Assembly: GCF_964213995.1 (NCBI RefSeq)
Contig: NW_027590142.1
Location: 992,001 to 1,056,000 of the forward strand
Source of the DNA: Mustelus asterias
Lineage: Eukaryota
Direction of reading: 5' to 3'
Length of the DNA: 64,000 nt
The notes beneath the pieces were generated by a model. It had not been told where the DNA came from. It worked only from the letters and a program-made list of their open reading frames with translations, and did no database searches. A program made the position numbers and the translations under genes. Shown here piece after piece: positions 1-12,902 of this stretch; position 1 is the stretch's first letter, and every line of letters begins with the position of its first letter.

Positions 1-87
1 TACTCGAGCGATAATATCACTACGCCATTCCCTCCCCTGGGGAGATGGCCATTAGCAAACTGTACTGTTCAAGGGAAATTAGCAAGA

Positions 88-330
88 GCAACACAAAACC
101 AGAAAATACTGGAAAAGCTCTGCAGCTCTGACATCATCTGTGAAGAGAGAATAGTGTTAGCGTTTCGAGTCCGGATGGCCCTGACGAATCGTCATCGAGA
201 CTCGAAACTTTGGCTCTATTCTCTCTCCACAGATGCTGTCAGACCCACTGAGATATTCCAGAATGTTTTGTTTTTGTTTTGGATTATAGAATCCGCAGTA
301 ATTTGCGTTTCGGACTCGCAACAATTTTTG
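88..330. mobile_element. Penelope-like (Neptune-type) pseudo-LTR fold-back remnant with degenerate hammerhead motif (177-215, +)
   Basis: Imperfect inverted arms (catctgtgaagagagaatag / ctattctctctccacagatg) around ggcc-CTGACGA-...-actc-GAAA-cttt-ggct; same family as the end of the 27.6-kb element. Confidence 0.6.
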
Positions 331-1507
331 GCCTTGCGAATAATACTCATCGCCCAATGAATGAAAATTATTGAGAAAGAATCCAAGAATTAACAAGTAT
401 CTGTTTAACCGATTCTTCAGGCAGCAACTATTAGTGAATCAAATGAAAGTGTTGCACTCCAGTCAATCCTGTCACTCATCCGGTTCATACATTAAGGAAC
501 GAGGCAATTCGGCCTAACGAGCGCATGCTTGCTATCTCAATGAGCTCAAAAAAACCCACTGCATTTGCCGTTGGCACATGTCCCTCTGCATGTTATACTT
601 TCGATTTTGTAATCATTCTCTTTTGAAAGTCACCACGGAAATGTTTACTCTGGTCTTTGAGACAATGAATCCCAAACCCTAACAATTGACAATGTAAACC
701 CGACTTGCTCATCTTCGATTCCAGGAACAGTTCTTGCTCCGTCTCTTACACGTGCGCCTTACCAAGCCGCCGTGAAATTTTAATATGTATACAGTAACAT
801 ACAGGCTACTGAGAAGTAGGAGTTGGTCACTTCCGGCCTGCTCTGCCAGTAAATAAGATTATGGTCGATCTCATTATAAGCTTCTGCCAACACTGATCAC
901 CTTTCACCCTCCTTGTTTACTAAGAATCTAGCTCCTTCTGCCTTTAAAAATATTGAAAGACTGCTTCCACTGCCTTCTGAGGAAGGGACTTCCAGGGGCA
1001 CATGACCCTCTGAGAGGAAAACCTCCCCACTCTTCCTCTCCTAAACGTGCGACCCCTTATTTGTAAAGAGTGCCCTTGGGGCTTCAGTGGAGCATTGCAG
1101 CAGGCTAAGGAGGGACTCGTAGGCAGGAAGAGTGAAGATGAAAACAGGTTGTGCGTTGGAATTCTCGAAATGAGCCACGCATTTCTTTTCAGGGAAGAAA
1201 CCAGCGTGAACGTAAGAGGCCAAAGTGCAGCATTTCAGACAAAAACAGGAAACGCTGCTTGCATTAAGCCAGCCAGTAACTGTGCAAGTGAGAAACCGAG
1301 TTAAGGTTTCAGATTGATGTCTTTGCATGAGGGCTGGAAGATGTAAGAGATGACGAGTTATTTATATTCTTCCGCCCTATGTGGTTGCTGCAGCCTCTCG
1401 CCTCTTGTCTCACTAAACATTTCAGAAGATAGCTAAATGTCGGCCACATTTCTCTAGGTCTTTTCTCACACATAGTCCAGGTTGTCAGCAGATTTCCTTT
1501 CTGAAAG

Positions 1508-1915
1508 AACATAAAAACTAGAAGCAGGAATAGGCCATCTGGCCCTCCGAGCCTGATCCGCCATTCAATAAGATTATGGCTGATTTTTTCATGGGCTCAG
1601 CTCCGCTTACCCGCCCGCTCACCATAACCCTGAATTCCTTTACTGCTCAAAAATCTATCTTTACCTTAAAAACGTTTAACGATGTAGCCTCAACTGCTTC
1701 ACTGGGCAGGGATTTATACACATTCACAGCCATTTACGTGAAGAGGTTCCTTCTCTACACAGTCCAAAATCTCCTCATCTTTATTTTGAGGTCTTGTCCC
1801 TTAGTTCTAATTTCATCTGCCATGGAAACAACCTCCTTGCTTCTATCTTATCTATTCCTTTTATAATTGTATGCGTTTCTATAAGAACCCCCATTTTCTT
1901 CCAAACTCCAATGAG
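1508..1915 (-). mobile_element. CR1-type LINE 3' fragment
   Basis: Reverse complement resembles the CR1 3' ends elsewhere in the window (gatggcctattcctgcttct tail). Confidence 0.55.
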
Positions 1916-2423
1916 CATTGGTACAACATTGGTGCGCAGAATGTGCTTTTGCAACAACGGATGACAGTTTTCTTAAGTTCTCTATTATTCAGCCGAATTT
2001 TAAATTCTACATTTTATTAATTTAATTTAAATTCCACCTGTCACCGTTGGTGGGATTTGAACTCGTGTTTCCAGAGCACCAGACAATACTTCCCCGAGCC
2101 ACAGCCATTACCACGGTAAAATCACAAGGGCAGTAGATACCTGAGGACACCATCAAAAGGAGATTCACCCTCCAAGTCACTCACCATCCCGACTTGGAAA
2201 TATATCGGCAGTTCCTTCAGTACTGCTGGGTCATAATCCTGCAATTGTCAGAATTTTATATCTTGCAATGAGATCTCCCATTCTTCAGAATGTAATTGAA
2301 TGCACACCTCAATCTCTCCTCAAAGGACAATGCTTACATCCCAAGTATCAGTCTGGTGAACTTTTGGTGCACCCCATCTATAACAAGTATGTTCTTTCTC
2401 GCCTTCCTATCTAAACCCAGATT

Positions 2424-2716
2424 GGCGGGACATTGACATAGTGGTTAGCACTGCTGCATCATAGCACCAGGGACCCGGGTTCGATTCCTGGCTTGGGTCA
2501 CTATCTGTGCGAAGTGTGCATGTTGTCCCCATGTCTGCTTAGGTTTTCTCCGGGTGCTCCGGTTTCCTCCCACAGTCTGAAAGATGTACTGGTTAGGTGC
2601 ATTGACCAAGCTAAATTCTACATCAATGTACCGGAGTGTGACGACTAGAGGATTTTCACAGTGACATTATTTCAGTATTAATGTAAGCCTACCTGTGACA
2701 CAAATAAATAAACTTA
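2424..2716 (+). mobile_element. HE1-related tRNA-derived SINE, alternative (aaataaa) tail
   Basis: A/B-box head (tagtggttagc ... gggttcgattcc), core gggtgctccggtttcctcccacagtc, tail ...aatgtaagcctacctgtgacacaaataaataaac. Confidence 0.85.
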
Positions 2717-3325
2717 AAAGTTATTGTTGAATGCAAAAATTCAAATTGCATTCGGTGCACTGAGGGTGCTGGGTGGGGAATTGGATTGAACCCGTGTGCC
2801 CAGAATATTAGTCTGGGACTCTCCAGTGACATGGTCATTGTCCTACGATCTGCACCTTCCAAATATGTTATTCAGATTTGAATTAATTATTGAGCAACCT
2901 ATATGAATGCATGAACATTTCTGTTTCAGTGTCCAGATGCGCCCTACGTCCGCCCCCTGCTGACTGCCCATTGCACAGCGGGAACAGGCGGATGTCACGA
3001 TTCTCTCTGTCTTTCCTCTGGATGACCAGAGGTGCAGAAAATAATACAACTCAAACATTAGGCTGCAAACGGCAAGAACCAAAAGTACAACTGCAGAGTC
3101 CAAAAGCAGAAAGAAAGGCACATTCTGGGCTGTTTCGACGGTTTCAGGGCATGGAAATTAATCTGTTCTTATGTGTGCTGTAGATTTGAACCTAACGGCT
3201 CAGCGCTGAAAGATTAAATCGAAAAGTGAGCATGCGATGAGCAGGAGCTACTGTAAGTGCTTCAGTGCAAGGGAGCCCCATCAGTAAGACCAGAGCCTTG
3301 CAGTCATGGAGTATAGTGAGGAATC

Positions 3326-4095
3326 TCACTCTCTCTCTCTCTCTCTCACTCTCTCTCACGCACACATACTCTCACACACGCACATACACACACTCAAATA
3401 AACACGCACACAGGAAAACGCACACTCAGACATGCACACACACTCAGGTAAACGCGCACACACACTCAGACAATCAGAAACAAACACACATACAAACACG
3501 CACCCAAACGCTCAGACAAATACACGCACACAAACACACACCCATAGGCATACACACACACTCAGACAGAAATGCAAACTCTCTTAGACAAAAACTGACA
3601 CACACAAACACAGACGTCGCCAAAGACACACAGATTACCTCAGGCAAAATAACACACACACATATACACACGCACACACACAGATACATACATGCACACA
3701 AGCACACGCATAGATACACACACTGTCAGATAAACACACACAGGCACACACACATTGACAAGCAAACACAAACACACACTCTCAGACAACACAAATATAC
3801 ACACACTCAAACAAGCACATAGAAACACACACACTCTCATAGAGCAGACACAAATGCTCAGACAAACTCAGACACACATACACACACGCTGCCTCTCAGC
3901 TAAATACACACACTCAGACAATCACAAACACAGACACACACAAACAGAATCTCAGAAATCATACGCACGGATACACCCACACAGAGCCCCAGACAGACAC
4001 ACACATGCAGTATCAAAAGAACATGCAGAGAAAGATATACACTGTTGCTCAGGGAAAACAAAAAACATACACAGACCCACACACACAGAAACAGA
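3326..4095. repeat. (CT)n / degenerate (CA)-rich low-complexity tract
   Basis: Directly visible CA-rich degenerate repeat; His/Thr-rich ORFs are artefacts. Confidence 0.9.
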
Positions 4096-5720
4096 AAAAA
4101 TAGAAACCGGAAAGGCCTTTCGAGCCTTCTTCACCACTCATTATGATCATGGATGATCATCAAATTCAATATCCTGATCGTGCCTTCCCTCCAAATCCAT
4201 TGATCCCTTTAGCCCCAAGAGCTATGTCTAATTTCTTCTTGAAATCCTGCAACGTTTTGGTCATAATCACTTCCTGTGGTAGTGAATTCCACAGATTCAC
4301 CACTGTCTGGGTGATGAAGTTTCTCCTTCACCTCAGTTCGAAAGGTTTTACCCCTTATCCTCAAACTATGACCCCCCTAGTTCTCGACTCCCCAGCCGTC
4401 TGGGATATTCTTTCTGAATTTACCCTGTCTAATACATTTAGAATTTTATCAGTCGCTATGAGATTCCCTCTCACTCTTCTAAACTCCAAATAATATAATC
4501 CTAACTGACTTCGTCTCTCCTCACACGACAGACCAGGAATCAGTCTGGTAAATCTTCACTGCCCTCGCTCTGCAGTAAGGACATCCTTCCTCAGAAAAGG
4601 ACACCAACACTGCACACAATACTCCAGTTGTGGGCTCACCAACGCCCTATAGAATTGCAGTAAAATATCCCTATCCTTATACTCAAATGCTGTCGTTATG
4701 AAGGCCAGCATACCACTTGCCTTCTTTACCGCCTGCTGAACCTGTGGTGCTTTCTTTCAGCGCCAATACACGTGGATGCCAAGCTGTCGCTGAATATTCA
4801 CCTCTCAATTTATTCAAATAATAATCTGCCGTCCTATTGTTGCCACCGAAGTGGATGATCTCGCATTTGCCCACATTATACTGCATCTTCTATGCATATG
4901 CCCATTCACTCTGCCTGTTTAAATCACACTGAAGCATCGCTGCATCCTTCTCAGAGCTCACCCTCTCACCTAACTTTGCTTCACCTGCAAATTGGAGAAA
5001 ACACATTTAGTTCCCTCTTTGAAATCAATTATACATAATATGAACAGTTGGGCTCCTAGCATGGATCCCTGCGGTACCCCACTGGTCACTACCAGCCAAT
5101 TGGAAAAACACTCATTTCTGCCAACTCTTTGCTTCCTATCTGCTAAGCAGCTTTCTATCCAGCTCAAGACACTATCCAGGCCACTTTTATGGTCGTACGC
5201 TATATGAGACCTTGCCGAAAGCCTTTTAAAGTCTCAATAACCCATACCCACCAGTTTTCCTTGGTCACCACTACTAGTTACATTCTCACACAATTTACCA
5301 AGCATGATTTCCCCTTTGCTAATCCATGTTTACTTCGTCTGATTTTACCACTGCCTTCCAAATGCTGAGTTATGAAATCCTTAATAATTGATTCGAGCAA
5401 TTTCCCAGTTCTAATGTTCGGCTCTTTGCCTTATGGTTCACCCTATTTCTCTCTACCTCCCTTTTTGAATGGCGGGCGTATATTAGCTACGCTCCAATCT
5501 GTAGCGACCAGTTTAGAGTCTAAATATTTTTTCGAAAATGCCCACAAATGGATCAACTATTTGTTATGTTTCCCGCCTTCTTACTTTCATACTCTATTTT
5601 TTCCCTTCCGAATCAATTCCTTTTGTGCTGAATTGAAACTGCTCCAAATTCTCAGGTCTATGGATTTATTTGCCAATTTGTATGTTTCTTCTTCCCTTGT
5701 AAGCGATGGCTTGGCCACAG
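4095..5720 (-). mobile_element. CR1-type LINE ORF2 3' part, decayed
   Basis: Minus-strand ORFs with RT motifs WIESCLADRKQRVG, VTSGVPQGSMLG, MQYNVGKCEIIHFG. Confidence 0.85.
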
Positions 5721-5772
5721 TTCCCTTACCAGTCTTCCACATCCTCTGTGCTAATATCTTTCTTCAATATCA

Positions 5773-6072
5773 CATAGGATCCCTACAGTGCAGAAGGAGG
5801 CCATTCGGATTATTGAGTCTGCACCGACCACAATCCCAGGCCCTATTTCCGTAACCCAAATTATTTACCCTGTCAATCCCCTGACACGAGGGTCAATTTC
5901 GCATGGCCAATCAAGCTAACCCACACATCTTTGGACTGTGGGAGGAAACTGAGGCACCCGGAGGAAACCCATGCAGACACCGGGAGAATGTGCCAACTCC
6001 ACACAGGCAGTGATCCGAGGTCGGAATTGTCACTGAGGCAGCAGTGCTAACCACTCTGCCACCGTGCTGCCC
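5773..6072 (-). mobile_element. HE1 SINE
   Basis: Reverse complement of SINE head, core and CR1-like tail. Confidence 0.85.
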
Positions 6073-6224
6073 CGCTTTAAGAAACAATGTACTCCATTTT
6101 TTTGTTTTCTGTCTGTCCTTCCTAAACATCGAATGGCCCTCAATGTTTAGTTCCCATCCTTGCTAACCTTGGAGCCATGTCACCATAATGCCAAGTATAT
6201 CATACATTTTGATATATTTCAAAT

Positions 6225-7790
6225 GTTCACACACACACACACACACACAATCCGAGACCAACACACATATACATACACAGCACATACACATTCAGAAAAA
6301 CACACAAGATCTGAGAAAAGCAGACACAAGCAAACTCGCAAACGCATACACACATACACACATACAGACACACGCACCTCTGAAAAACACACACACACAC
6401 ACAAACAGACAAATGGGCGGCACGGTAGCGCAGTGGTTAGCACTGCTGCTTCACAGCTCCAGGGACCTGGGTTCGATTCCCGGCTTGGGTCACTGTCTGT
6501 GTGGAGTTTGCACATTCTCCACGTGTCTGCGTGGGTTTCCTCCGGGTGCTCCGGTTTCCTCCCACAGTCCAAAGATATGCGGGTTAGGTTAATTGGCCAT
6601 GCTAAAAATTGCCCCTTAGTGTCCTGAGATGCGTCGGTTAGAGGGATTAGTGGGTAAATATGTAGGGATGTGGGGGTAGGGCCTGGGTGGGATTGTGATC
6701 GGTGCAGACTCGATGGGCCGAATGGCCTCTTTCTGTACTGAAGGGTTTCTATGATTTCTATGAAACAGTCACGAGCACGCACACACATGATCTCACAAAA
6801 ACCGATACAGGCAAACTCGCACACACAGGCCCATACACGGATATACTCGCTCAGACAAACACACGCACGCACACGCACACACATACTTTCTCTCTCTTTC
6901 AGACACGCAGACACGCTGTCAGACAAATACATGCACACACACACAGACAACCGCACAGACACAAACACACACACGCATTTAGACAAGTACAGAAAACATA
7001 CACGCAAACACACAGGCAAATGCAGGCACACGTATTTCTTAGACGGACAGACACAGGACAACTCGCAAACACAGAGACACTCTCAGAAAAACACAGGCAC
7101 ACAGTCACAGACAAAGATACAATCACAAGAACACACTCAGACAAACACACACAAGCAAACGCTTGCACACAGAAATATATAGAGAAAAACTCAGACAAAC
7201 AGACAAAGAAAACATACACTCTCAGACATGCATGCACACACACAGACACACTCGCTGGCAAATATACACACACAGACCCACACACAGCTGTACTATCAAA
7301 CGAACACACAGGCACACACATACAAATTCACTCTGATGCAAACACACAGATACACATAATCTCTCACACAAAACACACACACTTAGAGACAAACACATAA
7401 GCACTCAGTCAGCACTCAGGCATACATACAATCACAGAAAAGCACATAGGCACCAACACACACACACACAAACACCCAGGCAAACACAGTCACGTACACA
7501 GAAACACACGCACACAGTCCAACATAGGCACACATATGATCTCAGTCAAGCAACATAGGCAAGGTTGTAAACTCACAGACCCACACTTTCAGCATAATAC
7601 ACACACATACACACACATGAACAGACAAGCAAACAGACACAAGCACACGCATACACAGACTCAGGAAACAACAGTCACGATCTCAGAGAAATAGACACAA
7701 GCAAAGTCGCACATACGGACACATACTAATAAATACTCAGACAAAAGCAAACACACACACACTCTCAGATAAACACAGAGACAAACCAAA
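6225..7790. repeat. Degenerate (CA)-rich low-complexity tract, interrupted by a SINE
   Basis: Directly visible CA-rich repeat. Confidence 0.9.
6415..6763 (+). mobile_element. HE1 SINE, full length
   Basis: gggcggcacggtagcgcagtggttagc...gggttcgattcc head, core, tail tttctatgatttctatga. Confidence 0.92.
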
Positions 7791-7794
7791 AAAA

Positions 7795-8230
7795 ATCAAG
7801 ATGGCGTCGGACCATAGCGACTTATTGCATGCTGTGCCCCGCATCTCTCTAATGCTATCTTTTACTCTCGGTCTTTGCTTCTAAAACTCTATTCTAATTC
7901 TTTTGAAATCGATAACAATGTTTTAATTAAATTGACCTTTCTCTACCCCCTAGCTATGACTGTAACATTACATTCTGCAATCTCTCCTTTCCTTCTCTAT
8001 GTGCGTGTAATGCCGTGTTTTTGAAACCTACTTTTCCACTCACGTAATGAAGGAGCAGCGCTCCGAAAGCTCGTGATTCCAAATAAACCTTAACCTGGCG
8101 TTTTGAGCCTTCTTACTGTTCTCTATGTGCGGTATGGGTTTTTTGTATAGCGCGTTTTAAGTACAGAAACAATACTTTTCACTGTATACTAATACACATG
8201 ACAATAATAAATCAAATACAACAAAATCAA
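7795..8230 (+). mobile_element. Short Rex1/Babar-derived element (3' tail plus putative 5' head) containing a Penelope pLTR fragment at ~8030-8120
   Basis: 3' part matches the Rex-type tails at 17930-18100 and 25400-25555 (gacaataataaatcaa); insert gaaggagcagcgctccgaaagctcgtg. Confidence 0.55.
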
Positions 8231-9097
8231 AAACATATACTCTCAGAAGAACACACAGAGACACACACACACAGACATACACACTATTACGGACAGTCTC
8301 ACAAACACAGAGACAGACAGAGACCATAAAGTGTTGATGTCAATTTCAGTTTACTCAACCTGCTGGGTAACGGAAGCAAACTTAAAACCGGTGTGTGGGT
8401 TTTATTGTGTGATGAGATAATGTATAAATGTATCACCATAGCCCAGGGTGGGGTTGTAGTTGATCATTTATCTGCTGTCTGTACTCCTGAACAAATGTCA
8501 AATTGGAGAGGTTATCAAGTTTGTATTATAATGTAATGATGTGAAATATGTGGGAGAAGAATTGGTGTGATAAAGGGTGGAAAACAAACTGGGGAATGAG
8601 ACTGAAGCTGCTGTGCAGACTGAATAGTTCTTGTTGTGTGAATGGAGGGACACATGTAGGGACGGATGGAGGGAGGAAGGGATGGACGGATCGAGGGACC
8701 GATCGAGGGAGGGAGCAATGGATGGAGGGATGGATGGGGGTGACCTGGGGGAAGTCATTGGGCAGAGACTGTGCTTGCTGCTGTTTCCCCTCCTGGCGCC
8801 AGGGGTCACTGGGACACTCCCTGCAGCTGCTGCTGCTGCTCCTCACAATGTCACATCTTGGCCGTACCCTGGACCAGCTGCAGCTCTTTGGCGGAACATC
8901 AGGAGCCAGTGGTGGGGAAGGACTGGCCGTCCTACTCCAGTGACGTCACCACCAGCCCCGACACCCGCCGTTTATTTTAAGAAAGAAAAAAAACGACTAT
9001 TCAGAAATGGAGAAAGTGACTGAAATTCTGAACCAGACTGGCCACCGGGAGGTGATTTATATGTAAATAAAAATACAATTATTAATTTAATATGAAA

Positions 9098-10098
9098 GAT
9101 GCCGCGACCAAAGCCATCCCAGACCTTAGGACGGTCGTGCTCGGCCCCGAAACTGCACGCAAACTTGAGACGGCGCAGGCGTGCGGTGGGATCCCGCCCG
9201 AGCGTTCCCCTGTTCGGGCGGAATTCCACATTGGCCCAAAACCTCAGCCCCCTCCCCTGGGTGAGGTGCCCCACAGCCTGAGCCGCCTCGCGGAAATGCC
9301 CTCCGTGCCTTTTTCTACCGCGCGGAGGCGTTTCCTGTGCGGGCTGCTGCTGCACACCCTCCACTACCGCCTCCTCGCCTGTCGCCCGGATACACCTTGG
9401 CGGGCCTTGTTGCCGCCGGGCGGCGGAGGTCCCCGCTGGAGCTCCCTCTACGGAGGGATCTCCCCCAATTACGTCGGGGACCTGGGGTGGAGGGTGATGC
9501 ATGCAGCAGTTCCGCACAACCGTAGGATTCACTGGTTCACGGGCTCCGAAGACTGCCCTTTCTGCGGCCTTGTGGAGTCCGTGGACCATGTCTATGTTGA
9601 GTGACTTAGGCTGCACTCCCTTTATGTTTTCCTGAAGAACCTTTTATTGATGTTCTGTTTGCACTTCAGTCCCACGCTCCTGATCTACGGACACCCGGTG
9701 CGGAGAGGGGAGGGTCGGGATGGCGACCTCCTAGTGAACCTGCTCCTGGGCCTGGCGAAACGCGCCATTTACCGGTCCAGGCAGCGGGCGATCGAGGGGG
9801 CCGTCCATCCTGACTGTCTTCCCCTCTACCGCGGCTACGTTCGCGGCCAGGTGTCCCTGGAGAGGGAGCATGCGGTGTCCACGGGCGAGGTTGACGCTTT
9901 CCGCGCCCGCTGGGCACCGCAGGGGTTGGGGTGCATTATTGACCCTAATAATCACATTTTAATTTGATGTTTTTAAGTTTCCTTTGTATTTTGATTTCTG
10001 TTCGGGCTGTTCCCCCTCCTTTTTGGGGAGCTGCCCCTTTTACTTTGTCCCGATTTAATCTGAGTTTGTTTACTTGGTTTGGTTTGACCTAAAAAGAG
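9098..10098 (+). mobile_element. Tx1-clade non-LTR retrotransposon 3' end, copy 1 (premature TGA at 9602)
   Basis: ORF2 C-terminal zf-RVT-like motif CPFCGLVESVDHVYVE, DLGWRVMH, LLLGLAKRAIY; T-rich 3' UTR ending gacctaaaaagag. Confidence 0.85.
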
Positions 10099-10099
10099 G

Positions 10100-10992
10100 T
10101 CCCCTGTTCGGGCGGAATTCCACATTGGCCCAAAACCTCAACCCCCCTCCCTGGGTGAGGTGCCCCACAGCCTGAGCCGCCTCGCGGAAATGCCCTCCGT
10201 GCCTTTTTCTACCGCGCGGAGGCGTTTCCTGTGCGGGCTGCTGCTGCACACCCTCCACTACCGCCTCCTCGCCTGTCGCCCGGATACACCTTGGCGGGCC
10301 TTGTTGCCGCCGGGTGGCGGAGGTCCCCGCTGGAGGTCCCTCTACGGAGGGATCTCCCCCAATTACGTCGGGGACCTGGGGTGGAGGGTGATGCATGCAG
10401 CAGTTCCGCACAACCGTAGGATTCACTGGTTCACGGGCTCCGAAGACTGCCCTTTCTGCGGCCTTGTGGAGTCCGTGCTCCATGTCTATGTTGAGTGTCT
10501 TAGGCTGCACTCCCTTTATGTTTTCCTGAAGAACCTTTTATTGATGTTTTGTTTGCACTTCAGTCCCACGCTCCTGATCTACGGACACCCGGTGCGGAGA
10601 GGGGAGGGTCGGGATGGCGACCTCCTCGTGAACCTGCTCCTGGGCCTGGCGAAACGCGCCATTTACCGGTCCAGGCAGCGGGCGATCGAGGGGGCCGTCC
10701 ATCCTGACTGTCTTCCCCTCTACCGCGGCTACGTTCGCGGCCAGGCGTCCCTGGAGAGGGAGCATGCGGTGTCCACGGGCGAGGTTGACGCTTTCCGCGC
10801 CCGCTGGGCACCGCAGGGGTTGGGGTGCATTATTGACCCTAATAATCACATTTTAATTTGATGTTTTTACGTTTCCTTTGTATTTTGATTTCTGTTCGGG
10901 CTGTTCCCCCTCCTTTTTGGGGAGCTGCCCCTTTTACTTTGTCCTGATTTAATCTGAGTTTGTTTACTTGGTTTGGTTTGACCTAAAAAGAG
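10100..10992 (+). mobile_element. Tx1-clade 3' end, copy 2 (open frame to stop)
   Basis: Near-identical to copy 1; ORF 10160-10861. Confidence 0.85.
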
Positions 10993-10993
10993 G

Positions 10994-11880
10994 TCGGGCG
11001 GAATTCCACATTGGCCCAAAGCCTCAGCCCCCCTACCTGGGTGAGGTGCCCCACAGCCTGAGCCACCTCGCGGAAATGCCCTCCGTGCCTTTTTCTACCG
11101 CGCGGAGGCGTTTCCTGTGCGGGCTGCTGCTGCACACCTTCCACTACTGCCTCCTCGCCTGTCGCCCGGATACACCTTGGCGGGCCTTGTTGCCGCCGGG
11201 CGGCGGAGGTCCCCGCTGGAGGTCCCTCTACGGAGGGATCTCCCCCAATTACGTCGGGGACCTGGGGTGGAGGGTGATGCATGCAGCAGTTCCGCACAAC
11301 CGTAGGGTTCACTGGTTCACGGGCTCCGAAGACTGCCCTTTCTGCAGCCTTGTGGAGTCCGTGGACCATGTCTATGTTGAGTGTCTTAGGCTGCACTCCC
11401 TTTATGTTTTCCTGAAGAACCTTTTGTTGATGTTTTGTCTGCACTTCAGTCCCACGCTCCTGATCTACGGACACCCGGTGCGGAGAGGGGAGGGTCGGGA
11501 TGGCGACCTCCTCGTGAACCTGCTCCTGGGCCTGGCGAAACGCACCATTTACCGGTCCAGGCAGCGGGCGATCGAGGGGGCCGTCCATCCTGACTGTCTT
11601 CCCCTCTACCGCGGCTACGTTCGCGGCCAGGTGTCCCTGGAGAGGGAGCATGCGGTGTCCACGGGCGAGGTTGACGCTTTCCGCGCCCGCTGGGCACGGC
11701 AGGGGTTGGGTGCATTATTGACCCCAATAATCACATTTTAATTTGATGTTTTTAAGTTTCCTTTGTACTTTGATTTCTGTTCGGGCTGTTCCCCCTCCTT
11801 TTTGGGGAGCTGCCCCTTTTACTTTGTCCTGATTTAATCTGAGTTTGTTTATTTGGTTTGGTTTGACCTAAAAAAAAGAG
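10994..11880 (+). mobile_element. Tx1-clade 3' end, copy 3 (1-nt deletion near the ORF end)
   Basis: Near-identical to copies 1 and 2; ends in an A-tail abutting a CR1 fragment. Confidence 0.85.
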
Positions 11881-12280
11881 GACAGAGGGTAGCGGTAGAG
11901 GGGTGATTTTCTGACTGGAAGGCTGTGACTAGCCATGATCCACAGGGATCAGTTCCGGAACCTTTGCTGTTCGTAGTATATGTAAATGATTTGGAGGAAA
12001 ATGTAGCTGGTATAATTGTAAGTTCACAGACGACACAAAAATTTGTGGAGTTGCGGAGAGTGAAGAGGATTGTCAGAGGATACAGCTACAGCAAAAGATA
12101 AACCGGTTGGAGACTGGGGCGGAAAAATGGCAGATGGAGTTTATTCTGGACAAGTGTGAGATAATGCATTTTGGAAGGTCCAATGCATGTCGGGATTATA
12201 TAGGAAAGATAGAACCCGTAGGAGTATTGATAAGCAGAGAGATCTCGACGTACATATCCACCGATCACTGATAACATCAA
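11881..12280 (+). mobile_element. CR1-type LINE RT fragment
   Basis: Similar to 61600-62100 (cagggatcagt...gacgacacaaaa...tggcagatggagttt). Confidence 0.8.
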
Positions 12281-12399
12281 AGGACAGTGGCTGAATGACA
12301 GACTCTCCAAGGTTCAAACCCGAAAAAAAGAAATAAGACGGTAGTGGGTTTAAATTTGTGATTCAAACCATGCTTGCGAACAGAGAGAAAATGTGCGAC

Positions 12400-12660
12400 A
12401 TGTTTTGTCCACAATTCCCAGTCTGGTGAGGTGACTGCGAGTAAATGGAAGAACACTGAACTGGGATATAATTAATGTCCTTATCGGGGCAAGGTGTCCT
12501 TTGGTGTTATTCACATCAGAAGAAAATCCTGATCTAGTTATGGTAAGGCAGAGATTCTGGTCCGTAAAAGGTGTCAGGAAACAACAAAGCTCGAAAATTA
12601 CGCTCGAAATGACAGTGGCATTGTGGGGAAATTCAGTAATATTCGCAAAAAAGCATTCAC
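12400..12660 (+). pseudogene. Possible highly degenerate Ig/TCR V remnant
   Basis: Weak FR1/FR2/FR3-like translation (SQSGEVTA..., GQGVLW, RQRFWSVK...ITLEMT); no clear Cys, Trp or RSS. Confidence 0.2.
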
Positions 12661-12902
12661 AAAGCACGCTGTGTACCGACTGTGATCAAATGGACCGAGA
12701 AACGGAAAGGGGAGATGGGAAAGGGCTGGCCAATAATTGATACAGACTAGGAAATAACACCAAAGACAAATTGTCAGCTGACGCACCACGAACTCACTTT
12801 GGTGAGTGCCTTCGCTCGGAATTATAATACATTTCTGTTACTCTCACTGTTTTTCGGGTGAGCGCGCCCTCTGCTGATCACGAACTGGAACTATCAGTGC
12901 GG

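Noticed and set aside
6415-6490. SINE heads as tRNA genes
   Set aside because: A/B boxes run directly into the SINE core; no complete cloverleaf
3265-7404. Long His/Thr-rich and Cys/Val-rich ORFs
   Set aside because: Translations of CA/TG low-complexity DNA
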